A stretch of DNA of 64,000 nt from Candidatus Latescibacterota bacterium (GCA_965207885.1 OZ242311.1:608001-672000), one strand, 5' to 3'; positions 48,559-59,287 are shown, counted from the stretch's first letter. Numbers and translations are program-made. The notes: generated by a model from the sequence alone, not told the origin.

Positions 48559-49866
48559 TCACTTCTTCCTTCTTCCTTGTCTTATCCTGATGGCATTGGC
48601 ATGGGCGTCGAGGCCCTCGGTTTCGGCCATGCTGATGATGTGGCCCGCGGTTTTTTGCAGGCGTTGGTCGGTGTATTGTAAGATGCTGATGTTTTTGGTG
48701 AAGGTGTCAACGCCAACGGATGACGCGAATCGGGCGGCACCGGCCGTGGGCAGGATGTGGTTGGTGCCCGCATAGTAGTCGCCCACGGGTTCGGATGATG
48801 CCGCGCCGAGGAACACGGCGCCGGCATGGCGAACGGTTTGCAGGTGTGCCCAGGGATCGGCGACGATGAGTTCGAGGTGTTCGGGTGCGATGCGATTGGC
48901 GAGGTCAATGCCTTCGGCAAGGTCGCGCACGACGACGATTGCGCCAAAGCGGTCGAGTGCTTTTTGTATGGCTTCGCGGTGTGTCAGGTCGGCGGCTTGA
49001 TGGGCGATTTCGTCGGCGATTTGCGTTGCGAGGTCGGCATAGGGTGTGATGCAGACCGCGGCTTCATATCCGCTGCCGTGTTCGGCCTGTGAGAGGAGGT
49101 CGGCGGCGACGTGTTTGGCGTTTGCGGTGCGGTCGGCGATGACGACGATTTCGCTGGGTCCGGCGATCATGTCGATGTCAACGGTTCCGAAGACGAGTTT
49201 TTTTGCGATTTGTACATAGGGGTTGCCGGGTCCGACGAGTTTGTCAACGCGGGGTATGGTGTCGGTGCCATAAGCGAGCGCGGCGATGGCTTGTGCGCCA
49301 AAGATTTTGTAGATTTCGCGTATGCCTATGTGATGGGCTGTGGCGAGGACGGCGGGGTGTATGGCGCCGTTTGGCTGCGGGGGCGTGGCGATGCAGAGGT
49401 GCGGGACGCCTGCGATTTGCGCGGGGATGGCGGCCATGAGCAGGGTGGAGAATAAGGGGGCACTTGCGCCGGGGATGAGCAGGGCAACGCGTTCGATGGG
49501 TAAGATGCGTTTGCCGAGGATGACGCCGTCACCGTCTTCGATGAAGTAGGATGTTTGTCGCTGTATTTCGTGAAATTTGCGGATGTTTGCCGCGGCTGCG
49601 TCTATGATTTCGATGAATTTGGGGTCGGCGTTGCGATGGGCTGCTTTGATTTCGGTTTCGGGCACGCGTATGTCGGCGGCTTTTATGGCAATGCCGTCGT
49701 ATTTTTTGGTGTACGCGAGGAGGGCGCGGTCCCCCTGTTCTCTTACGGTGCTGACGATTTCTCGCACGGTTGCTTCCTGTTCGGCGGAGAAATCAGGGGT
49801 GCGCGAGAGTATGGCGTCGAGCTTGGGGGGTGTCTCTTCGGGGTTGTATTTGATGATTTCGATCAT
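48559..49866 (-). CDS. hisD: Histidinol dehydrogenase
   Basis: GPGN, DMIAGPSE, QAEH, APEHL, NHILPT. Confidence 0.97.
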   Translation of the reverse strand: MIEIIKYNPEETPPKLDAILSRTPDFSAEQEATVREIVSTVREQGDRALLAYTKKYDGIAIKAADIRVPETEIKAAHRNADPKFIEIIDAAAANIRKFHEIQRQTSYFIEDGDGVILGKRILPIERVALLIPGASAPLFSTLLMAAIPAQIAGVPHLCIATPPQPNGAIHPAVLATAHHIGIREIYKIFGAQAIAALAYGTDTIPRVDKLVGPGNPYVQIAKKLVFGTVDIDMIAGPSEIVVIADRTANAKHVAADLLSQAEHGSGYEAAVCITPYADLATQIADEIAHQAADLTHREAIQKALDRFGAIVVVRDLAEGIDLANRIAPEHLELIVADPWAHLQTVRHAGAVFLGAASSEPVGDYYAGTNHILPTAGAARFASSVGVDTFTKNISILQYTDQRLQKTAGHIISMAETEGLDAHANAIRIRQGRRKK

Positions 49867-49881
49867 TTTATTGCTTCTCGT

Positions 49882-52278
49882 TTAATTTATCCATCCGGAT
49901 AGATCAGCCTCTAATTTGGGATCCAGTTCAAGTGCCCTTTGAAAGTGGTACAGAGCTTTGGGCTGGTCGTTCAGAAATCGGGCCGTGATTTTCCCTATAG
50001 TGGCGTGTACACCAGCTTGTTTATCGTCTAATTGTAACGATTGATCGAGATACTCTACTGCCTGTTTGTAGTCTTCTCCCTCAACAGCAATATTTGCCAG
50101 AGAATTATAAGCCACAGGTAGTGGGTGAATTTGGGTTGAATACAAGAGGACTTTCGCGGCTTCTTCTTTTTCCTGGCGTTCGTATAGACGATAGGCGAGA
50201 ACGATATACAGATTGGCTGCCTCGACTTCCTTTCCTGAGACGATTCGCTGAGTCCCTTCCTCAAGCACGGACAAAAATAGATCGGTCAGACCCAATTCCA
50301 ATAAACTCTGCCCGCTTCCCCAGAGCAGCCAATGCGAATTCAGATTGCGTGCTATCTCTGTCCAGTATGCCTGGGATAGTTTCAGGGCCTCTTCCCCTCG
50401 TTGCTTGTGTATTTCTGATGCAATGAGATAGACAATTTTCGATTGGGGAAATTGCGCTATCGCCCGTCTGGCCGCCAGCAGACTCTGGTCGAGATCTCCT
50501 GCCTGAAGCGCGGAACAGGCTGTCTCCAACAGAGGATCGACACAATGGGGATTTGTCGAGGATTGTTTCTGCAGGTTTGCCATGCCCTGCTGATAGGCGG
50601 CGTTTTTTCTGAAAATCATGACAGTTGGGTGCTCAAAGCCTACAAATGTCGGTTCACTGCCTTCATCTTTGAACGCTATACTACCCAGAGAGGGATAGTG
50701 CCTGAAGCGCTGGACCAAATCAAAACCCAACTTACCATCTACCAATGTTCGGTAGAAAGCTGCACCCCCCGGAACCAGTTCGGGGGCGGCAGTGAATTGT
50801 TGGTAGCGGTTGACGTCTGTTATGGCTATGTAATCCAGGGGGCGTAGCTGATCCTGTGCAAAAATGAACTCTGCTTTACAGGTCGCAAATCCACGTAATG
50901 CAAAGAGCGCTCCCATCCTGATCGGACGAACGGAATATTGCTCTGAATTGATCATTCCGCGCATAGAGAACCCACCCCTTTCGACACCGATCCGGCTATT
51001 GGCGGGGATGTGTTTGTCTATCCAGCGTGCGGCCTGGATGCGGCTGTCTTCTCTGGTATAGAGGCTGGCAAAAGCAACGCCGTATATGGTGCTGTACATA
51101 AATATTGCAGCGCAAATTCCTATGGCCAATTTTCGCACCCGTGCAAATTGAAGGGACCGGATGAACCAGACGCAAAAATCCGCCGACAAAAGAGCCAGGA
51201 AGGGCAGCAGAGGCAGAAGGTACCTTATGGGCTTGGCCTGCAAACCGCCGATTGCGTAAAAATAGATCCCGATCCAGAGCAAGATCAATCCTTTTTGATG
51301 GTCTATTTTCCAGAGGCTATAAGATAATCCAAATATGAAGAGGATGGTGAGAGGCCAACCCACTCCCAGAGGCCACAGATGGCTCCAGTGATACAGATAA
51401 GGGATGGTGTGGATATCTACCAGGCTCCAGATTGTGAGGAATTCTCCTCGCGCCCAGTCCATCGCAAAACCCAGACCGTAAGGATTTGTTTCCTGAAAAA
51501 TCAGGTCTCTGTCCAGGACGAGAAAAGGCTGGAGCGCGACCAGACACAACACGGTTGATAGACCCGCCAGCCAAATAGAGGGGGTCAGGACTGCTTTTAA
51601 TTGCCGCTGGTGGATGACATGGCCGACCAGCAATATAAATCCCGCTGATAAGCCTATCAGGCGCACGGCGGCACTGAGTCCGATCAATATGCCCGTCAAT
51701 ACAAACCACCGCCAATCAGGCCGTTCCAATGTTCTTAAAAGGACATACACGGTGGCCAGAATCAGCAGTGTGAACAATCCATCTACGGTATAGAAATGGG
51801 CCAGTTGAATTGCTATTGGGGCTACGGCTACGATGCAGACAGCGAGCAGACCTGTCAGGTCACTGAACCACCGGGTACCCAATAACCAGACCAGATACAG
51901 GGTCAGACAAGAAACCAGTACCGATAGGATACGAGCGGTGAAATATACATATCTGACCCTATCGGGTGATTTCTGGTTTGTAAAGTCCTGGCCCAAAATA
52001 ATTCTGTTAAAATTCAGTACACCTTTTAAAAAATAGATGGGCAGCATACCATAGCTGGTGATTTTGGGGGCGAGGGGATCAATGGGATCTAAAGCGGCCT
52101 GGATGAGGGCCGTTTCGTCGGGATGGAAATGGTAAAATGCCCTCTCAGATTGGCTTGCCCCGTCTATTACAAACGAACTGTCCCCTCTGGTCAATCCCAC
52201 AAAGCGCAGCGAACAGCCCAGTATGATGCATAATACTACACAGTGAGAAATTTTGATCTGCTTCCTGATCCCACGCAT
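49882..52278 (-). CDS. GT-C (PMT/ArnT-like) glycosyltransferase with C-terminal TPRs
   Basis: FHPDE, AHFYTVD, RYLLP; TPR-like C-terminus. Confidence 0.8.
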   Translation of the reverse strand: MRGIRKQIKISHCVVLCIILGCSLRFVGLTRGDSSFVIDGASQSERAFYHFHPDETALIQAALDPIDPLAPKITSYGMLPIYFLKGVLNFNRIILGQDFTNQKSPDRVRYVYFTARILSVLVSCLTLYLVWLLGTRWFSDLTGLLAVCIVAVAPIAIQLAHFYTVDGLFTLLILATVYVLLRTLERPDWRWFVLTGILIGLSAAVRLIGLSAGFILLVGHVIHQRQLKAVLTPSIWLAGLSTVLCLVALQPFLVLDRDLIFQETNPYGLGFAMDWARGEFLTIWSLVDIHTIPYLYHWSHLWPLGVGWPLTILFIFGLSYSLWKIDHQKGLILLWIGIYFYAIGGLQAKPIRYLLPLLPFLALLSADFCVWFIRSLQFARVRKLAIGICAAIFMYSTIYGVAFASLYTREDSRIQAARWIDKHIPANSRIGVERGGFSMRGMINSEQYSVRPIRMGALFALRGFATCKAEFIFAQDQLRPLDYIAITDVNRYQQFTAAPELVPGGAAFYRTLVDGKLGFDLVQRFRHYPSLGSIAFKDEGSEPTFVGFEHPTVMIFRKNAAYQQGMANLQKQSSTNPHCVDPLLETACSALQAGDLDQSLLAARRAIAQFPQSKIVYLIASEIHKQRGEEALKLSQAYWTEIARNLNSHWLLWGSGQSLLELGLTDLFLSVLEEGTQRIVSGKEVEAANLYIVLAYRLYERQEKEEAAKVLLYSTQIHPLPVAYNSLANIAVEGEDYKQAVEYLDQSLQLDDKQAGVHATIGKITARFLNDQPKALYHFQRALELDPKLEADLSGWIN

Positions 52279-52398
52279 GGGTTAGGTTCCTGAATGGTCT
52301 TTCAAATAAGTTTCTTGGCTGAATCCACTGGACGCCTGCTTAAAACATGCAGAGCCTGCCCCTGTATGCTCTAAGCAGGGGCGTGACGAACGGGAGTT

Positions 52399-52433
52399 GT
52401 CATTGCGGCAGGGTTTTAGCCGCAGAAGGTTTT
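52399..52433 (+). repeat. Degenerate REP-like repeat
   Basis: gtcattgcggc..gccgcagaaggtttt. Confidence 0.6.
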
Positions 52434-52528
52434 GCTTTTGTTTTTATCCTGCCCATCCTTTCATCCTGCCCATCCTGATGAACTGGTCTGGAAAACGACC
52501 AGTTGTACACCGCTTCAGACAGAGGTTT

Positions 52529-53407
52529 TCAATAGATCACTTTGTTTAAGGGATATTCGATGATGCCTTCGGCGCCCGATTTTTTGAGTTTTGGTATGAG
52601 GTCGCGCACGATGCGTTCATCGACGATGACTTCGATGGCGACCCAGTTTTCGTCGAGTAAGTTGGCGATGGTGGGGTTGTTGAGCGCGGGTAAGTTTTTG
52701 ACGATTTGAGCGAGATCGGCGCGGCGTACGTTCATTTTGAGGCCGACTTTGTCTTCGGCGTTGAATGCGCCGATGAGCAAGGTGGCGATGTGTTGCGCTT
52801 TTTCGCGTTTCCACGCATCGTTATAGGCATTTTTGTTGGCGATGAGTCTGGGGGTGGTTTCAAACATGGTGTCTATGACGCGCAGGTTGTTGGCGCGCAG
52901 AGAGGATCCGGTTTCGGTGAGTTCGGCGATGGCATCGACGAGGCCGGGTACGCGGACTTTGGCTTCGGTAGATCCCCAGGAGTATTCGACTTCGGCGGTT
53001 ATGCCGTGGTTTTTGAGGTGGTTGCGCGTGGCTGTGACGAGTTCGGTGGCGATGCGTTTGCCCTGCAGGTCCTGGATGGTCTGAATGTCCGAGTCTTCGG
53101 GTACCGCGATGATCCAGCGCGCGGGTTGCGATGTGGTTTTGCTGTAGGCAAATTCGGCGATTTCGATGATGTCGGCTTCGTTTTCCAGGATCCAGTCAAT
53201 GCCGGTGAGTCCAATGTCGAGGACGCCGCGTTCGACGTAGTGCGCGATTTCCTGGGCGCGCAGAAATAAGCCCTCGAGTTCGGGGTCGTCGATGACGGGC
53301 GTGTAGGACCGGTGGCTGGTGCGGATGCGATAACCGGCTTTGGCAAATAGGGTGAGCGTAGATTCCTGAAGGCTTCCGGAGGGAAGGCCGATTTTTAATA
53401 TGGGCAT
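52529..53407 (-). CDS. hisG: ATP phosphoribosyltransferase (long form)
   Basis: LPSGSL, RAQEI, GSTE, ETGSSL; C-term regulatory domain. Confidence 0.97.
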   Translation of the reverse strand: MPILKIGLPSGSLQESTLTLFAKAGYRIRTSHRSYTPVIDDPELEGLFLRAQEIAHYVERGVLDIGLTGIDWILENEADIIEIAEFAYSKTTSQPARWIIAVPEDSDIQTIQDLQGKRIATELVTATRNHLKNHGITAEVEYSWGSTEAKVRVPGLVDAIAELTETGSSLRANNLRVIDTMFETTPRLIANKNAYNDAWKREKAQHIATLLIGAFNAEDKVGLKMNVRRADLAQIVKNLPALNNPTIANLLDENWVAIEVIVDERIVRDLIPKLKKSGAEGIIEYPLNKVIY

Positions 53408-53610
53408 AAGGGGTCTGCTCCTGTATTAACACATAAATCAAATGTACTAAAACAAATGAATTATACACACCCTCATTTATTTTTTTCATTTACTACTTTA
53501 TCTACATCTGTATAAGATAAGATTTTTTGTTTTTTTTGGGAAATTTAATGCCTATAATTATGAAAATCGAGTTCCTCCAGAAGAATTGACCTGACAACAG
53601 GAGTCTAATC

Positions 53611-54105
53611 ATGGGAAAATCACATCTCGTCGGTTTGATTACGGATACACACGATAATAAACACGCGATTGAGAAGGCTATGAGGCTTTTCAATGCGCGC
53701 GATGTGGGGCTGGTGCTGCACGGGGGCGATTATATCGCGCCGTTTAATGCGCGCTGGATGGGCGATTTGACGGTGCCTTTTGTCGGGGTTTTTGGGAATA
53801 ACGATGGGGAGAAGTTCGGTTTGCGGGCACTTTTTGAAGATCTGGGACCGATTCACCGCCCGCCTTATGTACAAGAGTGGGAGGGCAAGCGCATTTTGAT
53901 GTTGCACGAGCCAGATGAGGTGGATGCTCTGGCGAATAGCGGTGCTTATGATGTGATTTTTTACGGGCATACGCACGAGATTGATGTGCGAAGAGGAGAT
54001 ACGCTGGTGATTAATCCGGGAGAGGCGTGTGGGTGGACGACGGGGCGGGAGACGGTGGGGATTCTGGATTTGAATGCGATGGATGTGGAGATTGTGGATT
54101 TGTAG
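53611..54105 (+). CDS. YfcE/MJ0936-family metallophosphoesterase
   Basis: DTHDN, GD, GNND, GHTH, NPG. Confidence 0.92.
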   Translation: MGKSHLVGLITDTHDNKHAIEKAMRLFNARDVGLVLHGGDYIAPFNARWMGDLTVPFVGVFGNNDGEKFGLRALFEDLGPIHRPPYVQEWEGKRILMLHEPDEVDALANSGAYDVIFYGHTHEIDVRRGDTLVINPGEACGWTTGRETVGILDLNAMDVEIVDL

Positions 54106-54117
54106 GGGAGGTGCAAT

Positions 54118-55932
54118 ATGAGCGCGCATATTGACGGCATAGTGGCGCTGATGCCCAGGGAGCCTGGTGTGTACATTATGAAGGGCGACGAGGGGCAGAT
54201 TATTTATATCGGCAAGGCAAAGGTGTTGCGCAGCCGGGTGCAGCAGTATTTTCGTCCGAATGCCCATGATGGGCGGCGGCAGTTTCGGGCACTGGTTCGC
54301 AATGTGCGCGATTTGGAATATATTGTTACGGATACGGAGTTGGAGGCGTTGATTTTAGAAGCGAATTTGATTAAGGCACACAAGCCGCGCTACAATATCA
54401 GTTTGAAGGACGATAAGAAGTATCCGTATATCCGCATTACAAAGGAGGCGTTTCCCCGCGTTGTGGTGACGCGCGATGTGGTGAAGGATGGGTCGCGCTA
54501 TTTGGGTCCTTATACGGATGTGCGGGCGATGCGGCGGATGGTGGAGACGATGCACCGGTTGTTTCGGATTCGGAGTTGTGATTACGATTTGCCAAAGGCC
54601 AATGTGCGGTTGTGTCTGGATTACGAGATCAAGCGGTGCGATGGGCCCTGCGAGGGGTTGATTGTGGCAGACGCGTATCAGAAGATTGTGGATGAGGCGG
54701 TGTTGTTTTTGACGGGGCGGCATACGCAGGTTATGGTGACGCTTAAAGAGCGGATGAGGCAGGCGGCAGAGGCGCTGAGGTTCGAGGAGGCGGCGATTTA
54801 TCGGGATCGCATTCAGGCGCTGGAGCAGGCTTCGAGCCGGCAAAAGGTGGTGTCCAATGATTTGACGGATTGGGATGCGATTGCGGTTGCGCGGGAAGAT
54901 GACGAGGCTTGCGGGGTGGTGATGGAGGTGCGCGATGGGCGGTTGATCGGGCGACAGAATTATTTTCTCGGCGGGGTGCTGGATGCGTCTGAAGAGGAGG
55001 TGGTTTCAAAATTTGTGCAGTTGTTTTACGCGACGGCTACATTTGTGCCGCGAGAGGTGTGCCTGCCGGGTGATATCGAGGATCGGGAGACGGTGCTCGA
55101 TTGGCTCACAGAGCGTTCAGAAGGCGGGGTTGAGATGCGCGTGCCCCAGCGGGGGGATAAGTTTCGGCTGATAAAGATGGCGGAGAATAATGCGCGGCTG
55201 TTGTTGACGGAGCGGCGGTTGAAGCGCGAGAATCGCAGGTCGCAAGCGCCGGCAGCCGTGCAGGCGCTTCAGCGCGATTTGCATCTGGAGAAGCCGCCGC
55301 GGTGGATTGAGGCGGTGGATATTTCAAATATTCAGGGGTCGGATCCGGTGGCGTCGCTGGTGTGTTTTGTGGATGGCAGGGCGCGAAAGCGCGAGTACCG
55401 GCATTTTAAAATTACGGGGATTGAAGGTCCCAATGATTTTGCGATGATGCAGCAGGTGGTGACGCGGCGGTTTAAGCGGCTGATGGAGGAGGGCAAGTCT
55501 TTTCCGGATTTGCTGTTGGTTGACGGGGGCAAGGGTCAGCTTTCGAGTGTGGTTGAGGCGCTGCGAGCGTTGGGGATTGAAGATCAACCGGTGATTGGAC
55601 TGGCGAAGCGGTTGGAGGAGGTGTTTTTGCCGGGTCTGTCCGATCCGCAGAATATTCCGAAGTCGTCGTCGTCGTTGAAGTTGTTGCAGATGTTGCGCGA
55701 TGAGTCGCACCGGTTTGCGATTGAATACCACCGCAAGTTGCGACAGAAGCGGACGCTGACGTCGGAGTTGGACGAGATTCCCGGGGTGGGTCCGTCGCGG
55801 CGCATCGCACTGTTGAAGCATTTCGGTTCGGTGAAGCGGATCCGAGAGGCAGAGGTCGAAGAGGTGGCAGAGGTCGAGGGGGTAGGGTTGCGGTTGGCTG
55901 AGGTGATTTGTGAGGGGTTGAGGAAAATGTAG
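54118..55932 (+). CDS. uvrC: Excinuclease ABC subunit C
   Basis: PGVY..YIGKA, UVR domain, DISN, DGGKGQ, HhH. Confidence 0.98.
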   Translation: MSAHIDGIVALMPREPGVYIMKGDEGQIIYIGKAKVLRSRVQQYFRPNAHDGRRQFRALVRNVRDLEYIVTDTELEALILEANLIKAHKPRYNISLKDDKKYPYIRITKEAFPRVVVTRDVVKDGSRYLGPYTDVRAMRRMVETMHRLFRIRSCDYDLPKANVRLCLDYEIKRCDGPCEGLIVADAYQKIVDEAVLFLTGRHTQVMVTLKERMRQAAEALRFEEAAIYRDRIQALEQASSRQKVVSNDLTDWDAIAVAREDDEACGVVMEVRDGRLIGRQNYFLGGVLDASEEEVVSKFVQLFYATATFVPREVCLPGDIEDRETVLDWLTERSEGGVEMRVPQRGDKFRLIKMAENNARLLLTERRLKRENRRSQAPAAVQALQRDLHLEKPPRWIEAVDISNIQGSDPVASLVCFVDGRARKREYRHFKITGIEGPNDFAMMQQVVTRRFKRLMEEGKSFPDLLLVDGGKGQLSSVVEALRALGIEDQPVIGLAKRLEEVFLPGLSDPQNIPKSSSSLKLLQMLRDESHRFAIEYHRKLRQKRTLTSELDEIPGVGPSRRIALLKHFGSVKRIREAEVEEVAEVEGVGLRLAEVICEGLRKM

Positions 55933-55959
55933 TGGCGAGGTAGGCCTCGTCCCTGAAGG

Positions 55960-56193
55960 TTAAGATTTATTCAGCGTCAAAATGATGGTGATAGCCGTTC
56001 CGATATTGGTAAGGAGAACTGTAATCAGTAAGCCGACTGTCCACTTAAAGTTGCTGTTGATTCGATTCTCGATATTCGTAAAACGGTTGTCCATGTTGTT
56101 TAATCGATTGTCGATGCTATTCAATCGGTGGTTGATCTGCTCAACGATCGCTTCAAGGGCTGCGACACGGCTTTCAATGGTGGGAACGTTCAT
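55960..56193 (-). CDS. Small coiled-coil protein with C-terminal TM helix
   Basis: Heptads IDNRLNNMDNRFTNIENRI, then KWTVGLLIT. Confidence 0.7.
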   Translation of the reverse strand: MNVPTIESRVAALEAIVEQINHRLNSIDNRLNNMDNRFTNIENRINSNFKWTVGLLITVLLTNIGTAITIILTLNKS

Positions 56194-56280
56194 AATGCGT
56201 CCTTTTTGTGTGCAAAGAGTATATTCAGTTCTATGTGTTTTGTCAACGCGATATCCTCATTTTTTCTCTGGTGATAAATC

Positions 56281-57201
56281 ATGTCTATAGACCAGATACA
56301 AATTGCCTCGGAACTTCAGCGCGCGTTGCAGAGGTTTCTCGATTCTGTGACGCTGGAGCGCGGGTTGTCGGATAATACGGCGCGTGCTTATGAGCGCGAT
56401 TTGAGCCGGTATTTGACGCTGTTGACCGATTTGGGGATCCGCGCGCCGGATGAGATTTCTCAGACAGAGGTGTCCGCGCTGTTGAATTTGCTTTCGGAGA
56501 TGGGGCTGGAGGCGTCGAGTGTGGCGCGCAATTTGACGGCGGTGCGGATGTTTCACCGGTTTTTGTTGGGGGAGGGTCTCGCGCGCCGGGATCCGACGGA
56601 GCATTTGAAGCCGCCTAAGTTGGGGCGAAAGCTGCCTTCGGTGCTGAATATTTACGAGGTTGAGCGGTTGATGCTGGCACCGGATGTGGAGACGCCCCTG
56701 GGGTTGCGCGATCGCGCGCTTATAGAGATGCTTTATGGGGCGGGGTTGCGGGTGTCGGAGTTGATCGGCTTGTCGCAGGTGGATTTGCTGTTTGATGTGG
56801 AGGTGGTTCGGGTGCTGGGCAAGGGCGGGCGCGAGCGGGTGGTGCCGATTGGGTCAGAGGGTATTGAGTGGGTGACGGCGTATTTGCATGCGGTGCGTCC
56901 TGGTCTGGTTAAGCCCCATACCGGGGTTGAGGTGTTTTTGAATTTTCGCGGTGGTCCGTTGTCGCGGATGGGCGTGTGGAAGGTGCTGAGGCAATACGTG
57001 GTGCTGGCGGGGTTGGAGAAGAAGGTGAGTCCACATACGTTGCGGCATTCTTTTGCGACGCATTTGCTGGAGGGTGGCGCAGATTTGCGGGCGGTGCAAG
57101 AGATGCTGGGGCATGCGGATATTTCAACGACGCAGATTTATACCCATGTCGATCGGGAGTATTTGAAGGAGGTGCACCGGACGTTTCATCCGAGGGCGTG
57201 A
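56281..57201 (+). CDS. xerD: Tyrosine recombinase XerD
   Basis: ERGLSDNT, RDRA..GLRVSE, SPHTLRHSFATH, LGHADISTTQIY, HPRA. Confidence 0.95.
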   Translation: MSIDQIQIASELQRALQRFLDSVTLERGLSDNTARAYERDLSRYLTLLTDLGIRAPDEISQTEVSALLNLLSEMGLEASSVARNLTAVRMFHRFLLGEGLARRDPTEHLKPPKLGRKLPSVLNIYEVERLMLAPDVETPLGLRDRALIEMLYGAGLRVSELIGLSQVDLLFDVEVVRVLGKGGRERVVPIGSEGIEWVTAYLHAVRPGLVKPHTGVEVFLNFRGGPLSRMGVWKVLRQYVVLAGLEKKVSPHTLRHSFATHLLEGGADLRAVQEMLGHADISTTQIYTHVDREYLKEVHRTFHPRA

Positions 57202-57265
57202 GGGGTGTGAAGAGGCCTCACACAAAGACATAAAGACACAAAGGTACGGAACGATAAAGGCACTC

Positions 57266-57303
57266 GTCATCGCGGCATGTTTAAAGCCGCGATCCAGAAA
57301 GTT
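57266..57303 (+). repeat. REP-like repeat copy
   Basis: gtcatcgcggcatg..gccgcgatccaga. Confidence 0.8.
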
Positions 57304-57421
57304 AGGTGCTTTCATGGCCTCTGCAAGAGGCATGGTTTTATATTGCGGGAGAAATATTTTACCTTATTTTTTCTTTATTCGCAGTTGTCATAGAAAAAAC
57401 GATTTTACAAGGGAGGTTGTT

Positions 57422-57787
57422 ATGTTTCGAGATATTTGTCGCGTGTTCGCGTTGGCACTCGTGGCTGGTGTGATATGGGGTAATGCACAGATCACGAGTT
57501 CTTCCGCGATGGCCGCCGATGATGAGGATGCGCTCACCAAAGCTTATGTAATGAAGGCCATTGAGCGTTACCAGCGCGATGGCCGGGAAGCCACACTCGC
57601 ATACTACAGTAGCCGAGAAAGTATCGAAGGCGAGCGGCTCATGCTTATCATTGACCCGCAGCAAAGCATCATACTGGCAAGTGGTTTATCCACGCGCGTC
57701 GGTGCGCCCGCGCCCGCCCTCGGTCCAGTCACTCCGGAAGGCATCTGGATGGATCATCAAGGTATTCATCCCAGAACCCGACAGTTA
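57422..57787 (+). pseudogene. 5' part of secreted multi-Cache-domain gene, split by the IS1595 element
   Basis: SD and signal peptide; joins in frame to 62736 (RTRQL|GPMRNFLIRHDDLVF). Confidence 0.9.
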
Positions 57788-57816
57788 GGGAATTATATAC
57801 AATAGTGCCGAAGTGA

Positions 57817-58281
57817 TTAAAAACGCTTGAGTGCTTCAGCAAAGTAGTCAATTTTCCGGTTGGGCACATCTTCGCCATTGTATTGCATCTCTATATACAC
57901 GCGCGGCGTTGGGTGCCTGTTTCGGTCATATTCACTGCGTAGTTCTATTGCAGTCTGTCCATTGTCCGTGATCCAGGTCGGGTTCAGGTATGCACAGTCT
58001 TTAACCGGATCCCCGTTTTTCTCTATAAGCACATTTTGGACATTCTCATATAACTTGTCACATTTCTGAAACAAGCAATAATCCAAAGATATGAGCTTAT
58101 ATATGTCTTCTTCTCGGCTAAAACGGTAGCTCAAAACACCCTCACACCTAAGGACCCACCCTTTATATGACAGTGTGAGTTGGTCTTCCTTGTGCAACTC
58201 CCACCCCGAACCTTCTTCGGATGCTTTTACTTCTTCCCGAGAAGCACCCCAGTACGTATTCAATACTTTTATTCTGGACAT
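57817..58281 (-). CDS. Hypothetical passenger protein
   Basis: SD GGAGG; WGASREEV motif; stop abuts the IR. Confidence 0.7.
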   Translation of the reverse strand: MSRIKVLNTYWGASREEVKASEEGSGWELHKEDQLTLSYKGWVLRCEGVLSYRFSREEDIYKLISLDYCLFQKCDKLYENVQNVLIEKNGDPVKDCAYLNPTWITDNGQTAIELRSEYDRNRHPTPRVYIEMQYNGEDVPNRKIDYFAEALKRF

Positions 58282-58347
58282 ATTATCCCTCCAAAAAGTT
58301 TTTCTTTGCTCTACGGCAAAGTGTAACTATATTGCTCTTGTTCATCA

Positions 58348-59218
58348 TTAGGTAGTGTCTGAAAAGTAAGCTTTGAAGAGTTGTCTGATACAGGCCAGCT
58401 TGACCATAGTGAGAAAATGAGTCGCCTTTTTTTCAAATCGGGTCACAATCCGTCGGCAGTGTTTAAGCCAACCAAAGAGACGCTCCACGATATTGCGTTT
58501 GGCATATAATCTTTTATCACACTTAGGCCGTGGTCCTCTCTTACGCCGTTTTCTGCCTTTGGGAATCGCCTTGTTTGGGATAGCAGCCTTGATACCCCGT
58601 TTGCGTAGATAGACTCTGATGCGTGAGACATCATAAGATTTATCAGCTACCAGATACTTGGGTCGGTTTCTTGGACGCCCTCGTTTGGTGGGTATGCATA
58701 CCTTTGACAGTAGCCTTTCAGCCTGTGTGGATTCTGACTGGTTACCAGGGAGAAGATCCACTGCTAAAGGATGCCCGACTGCATCGCAAAGAAGATGGAT
58801 TTTCGTGGTCAAACCGCCACGAGAGCGTCCTAAAGCGTGATCTGGGGGCTCTTCTTCACCCTTTTTGCCCTTTTTTTTTCGCTCCTGCCGCGGCTTGTGT
58901 GGCTCGAATATGGGTTGCATCCATCATCCAGGTCGCATAATCTAAAAGACCATCTTCACCCAATTTGAGATGTAGCTTTTCTACAATGCGATCAAAGGTG
59001 CCATCCTGTTTCCATTTGCAGAATCGGTCAAAGGCTGTCTGCCAAGGACCATATCGTTCTGGCAGGTCGCGCCAAGCTGCACCTGAACACAATATCCAGA
59101 AGATCCCGTTGAATAATGTACGATCATCCCGACGGGGACGACCCATCTTCTTCGGCGGTGGGAACAGGTCTTGGATCAGATGCCAAGCCTCGTCGCGCAG
59201 TTCATATCTCCGTTGCAT
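58348..59218 (-). CDS. IS5 transposase in two overlapping ORFs (58856-59218 and 58348-58920), probable programmed frameshift
   Basis: WRDLPERYG, DAT; GRSRGG.TTK, ADKSY, RNIVERLF; A9 run in the overlap. Confidence 0.9.
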
Positions 59219-59287
59219 ATCATACTCCTTGGTTTAGGGCGTATGCTGCAACTAAAATACATACTTTACGACTTTTCAGACACTACC
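58351..59287 (-). mobile_element. IS5-family (IS427-like) element, 937 bp
   Basis: 17-bp IRs ggtagtgtctgaaaagt; TA duplication. Confidence 0.93.

Noticed and set aside
56281-57201. Tyrosine recombinase as integrase of the adjacent mobile region
   Set aside because: It looks like housekeeping XerD, and the adjacent element is fully explained by IS1595 IRs and TSD.
47360-57245. Short intergenic tandem repeats (tcagcag at ~47365, tgaagtg at ~48510, catcctgcc at ~52446, acacaaag at ~57220)
   Set aside because: Low-copy simple repeats with no supportable function.
22637-59287. IS1-like and IS5 ends both begin GGTAGTGTCT
   Set aside because: Only 10 bp are shared, and TSD lengths (8 vs 2) and transposases differ. 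Nothing supports cross-mobilisation.
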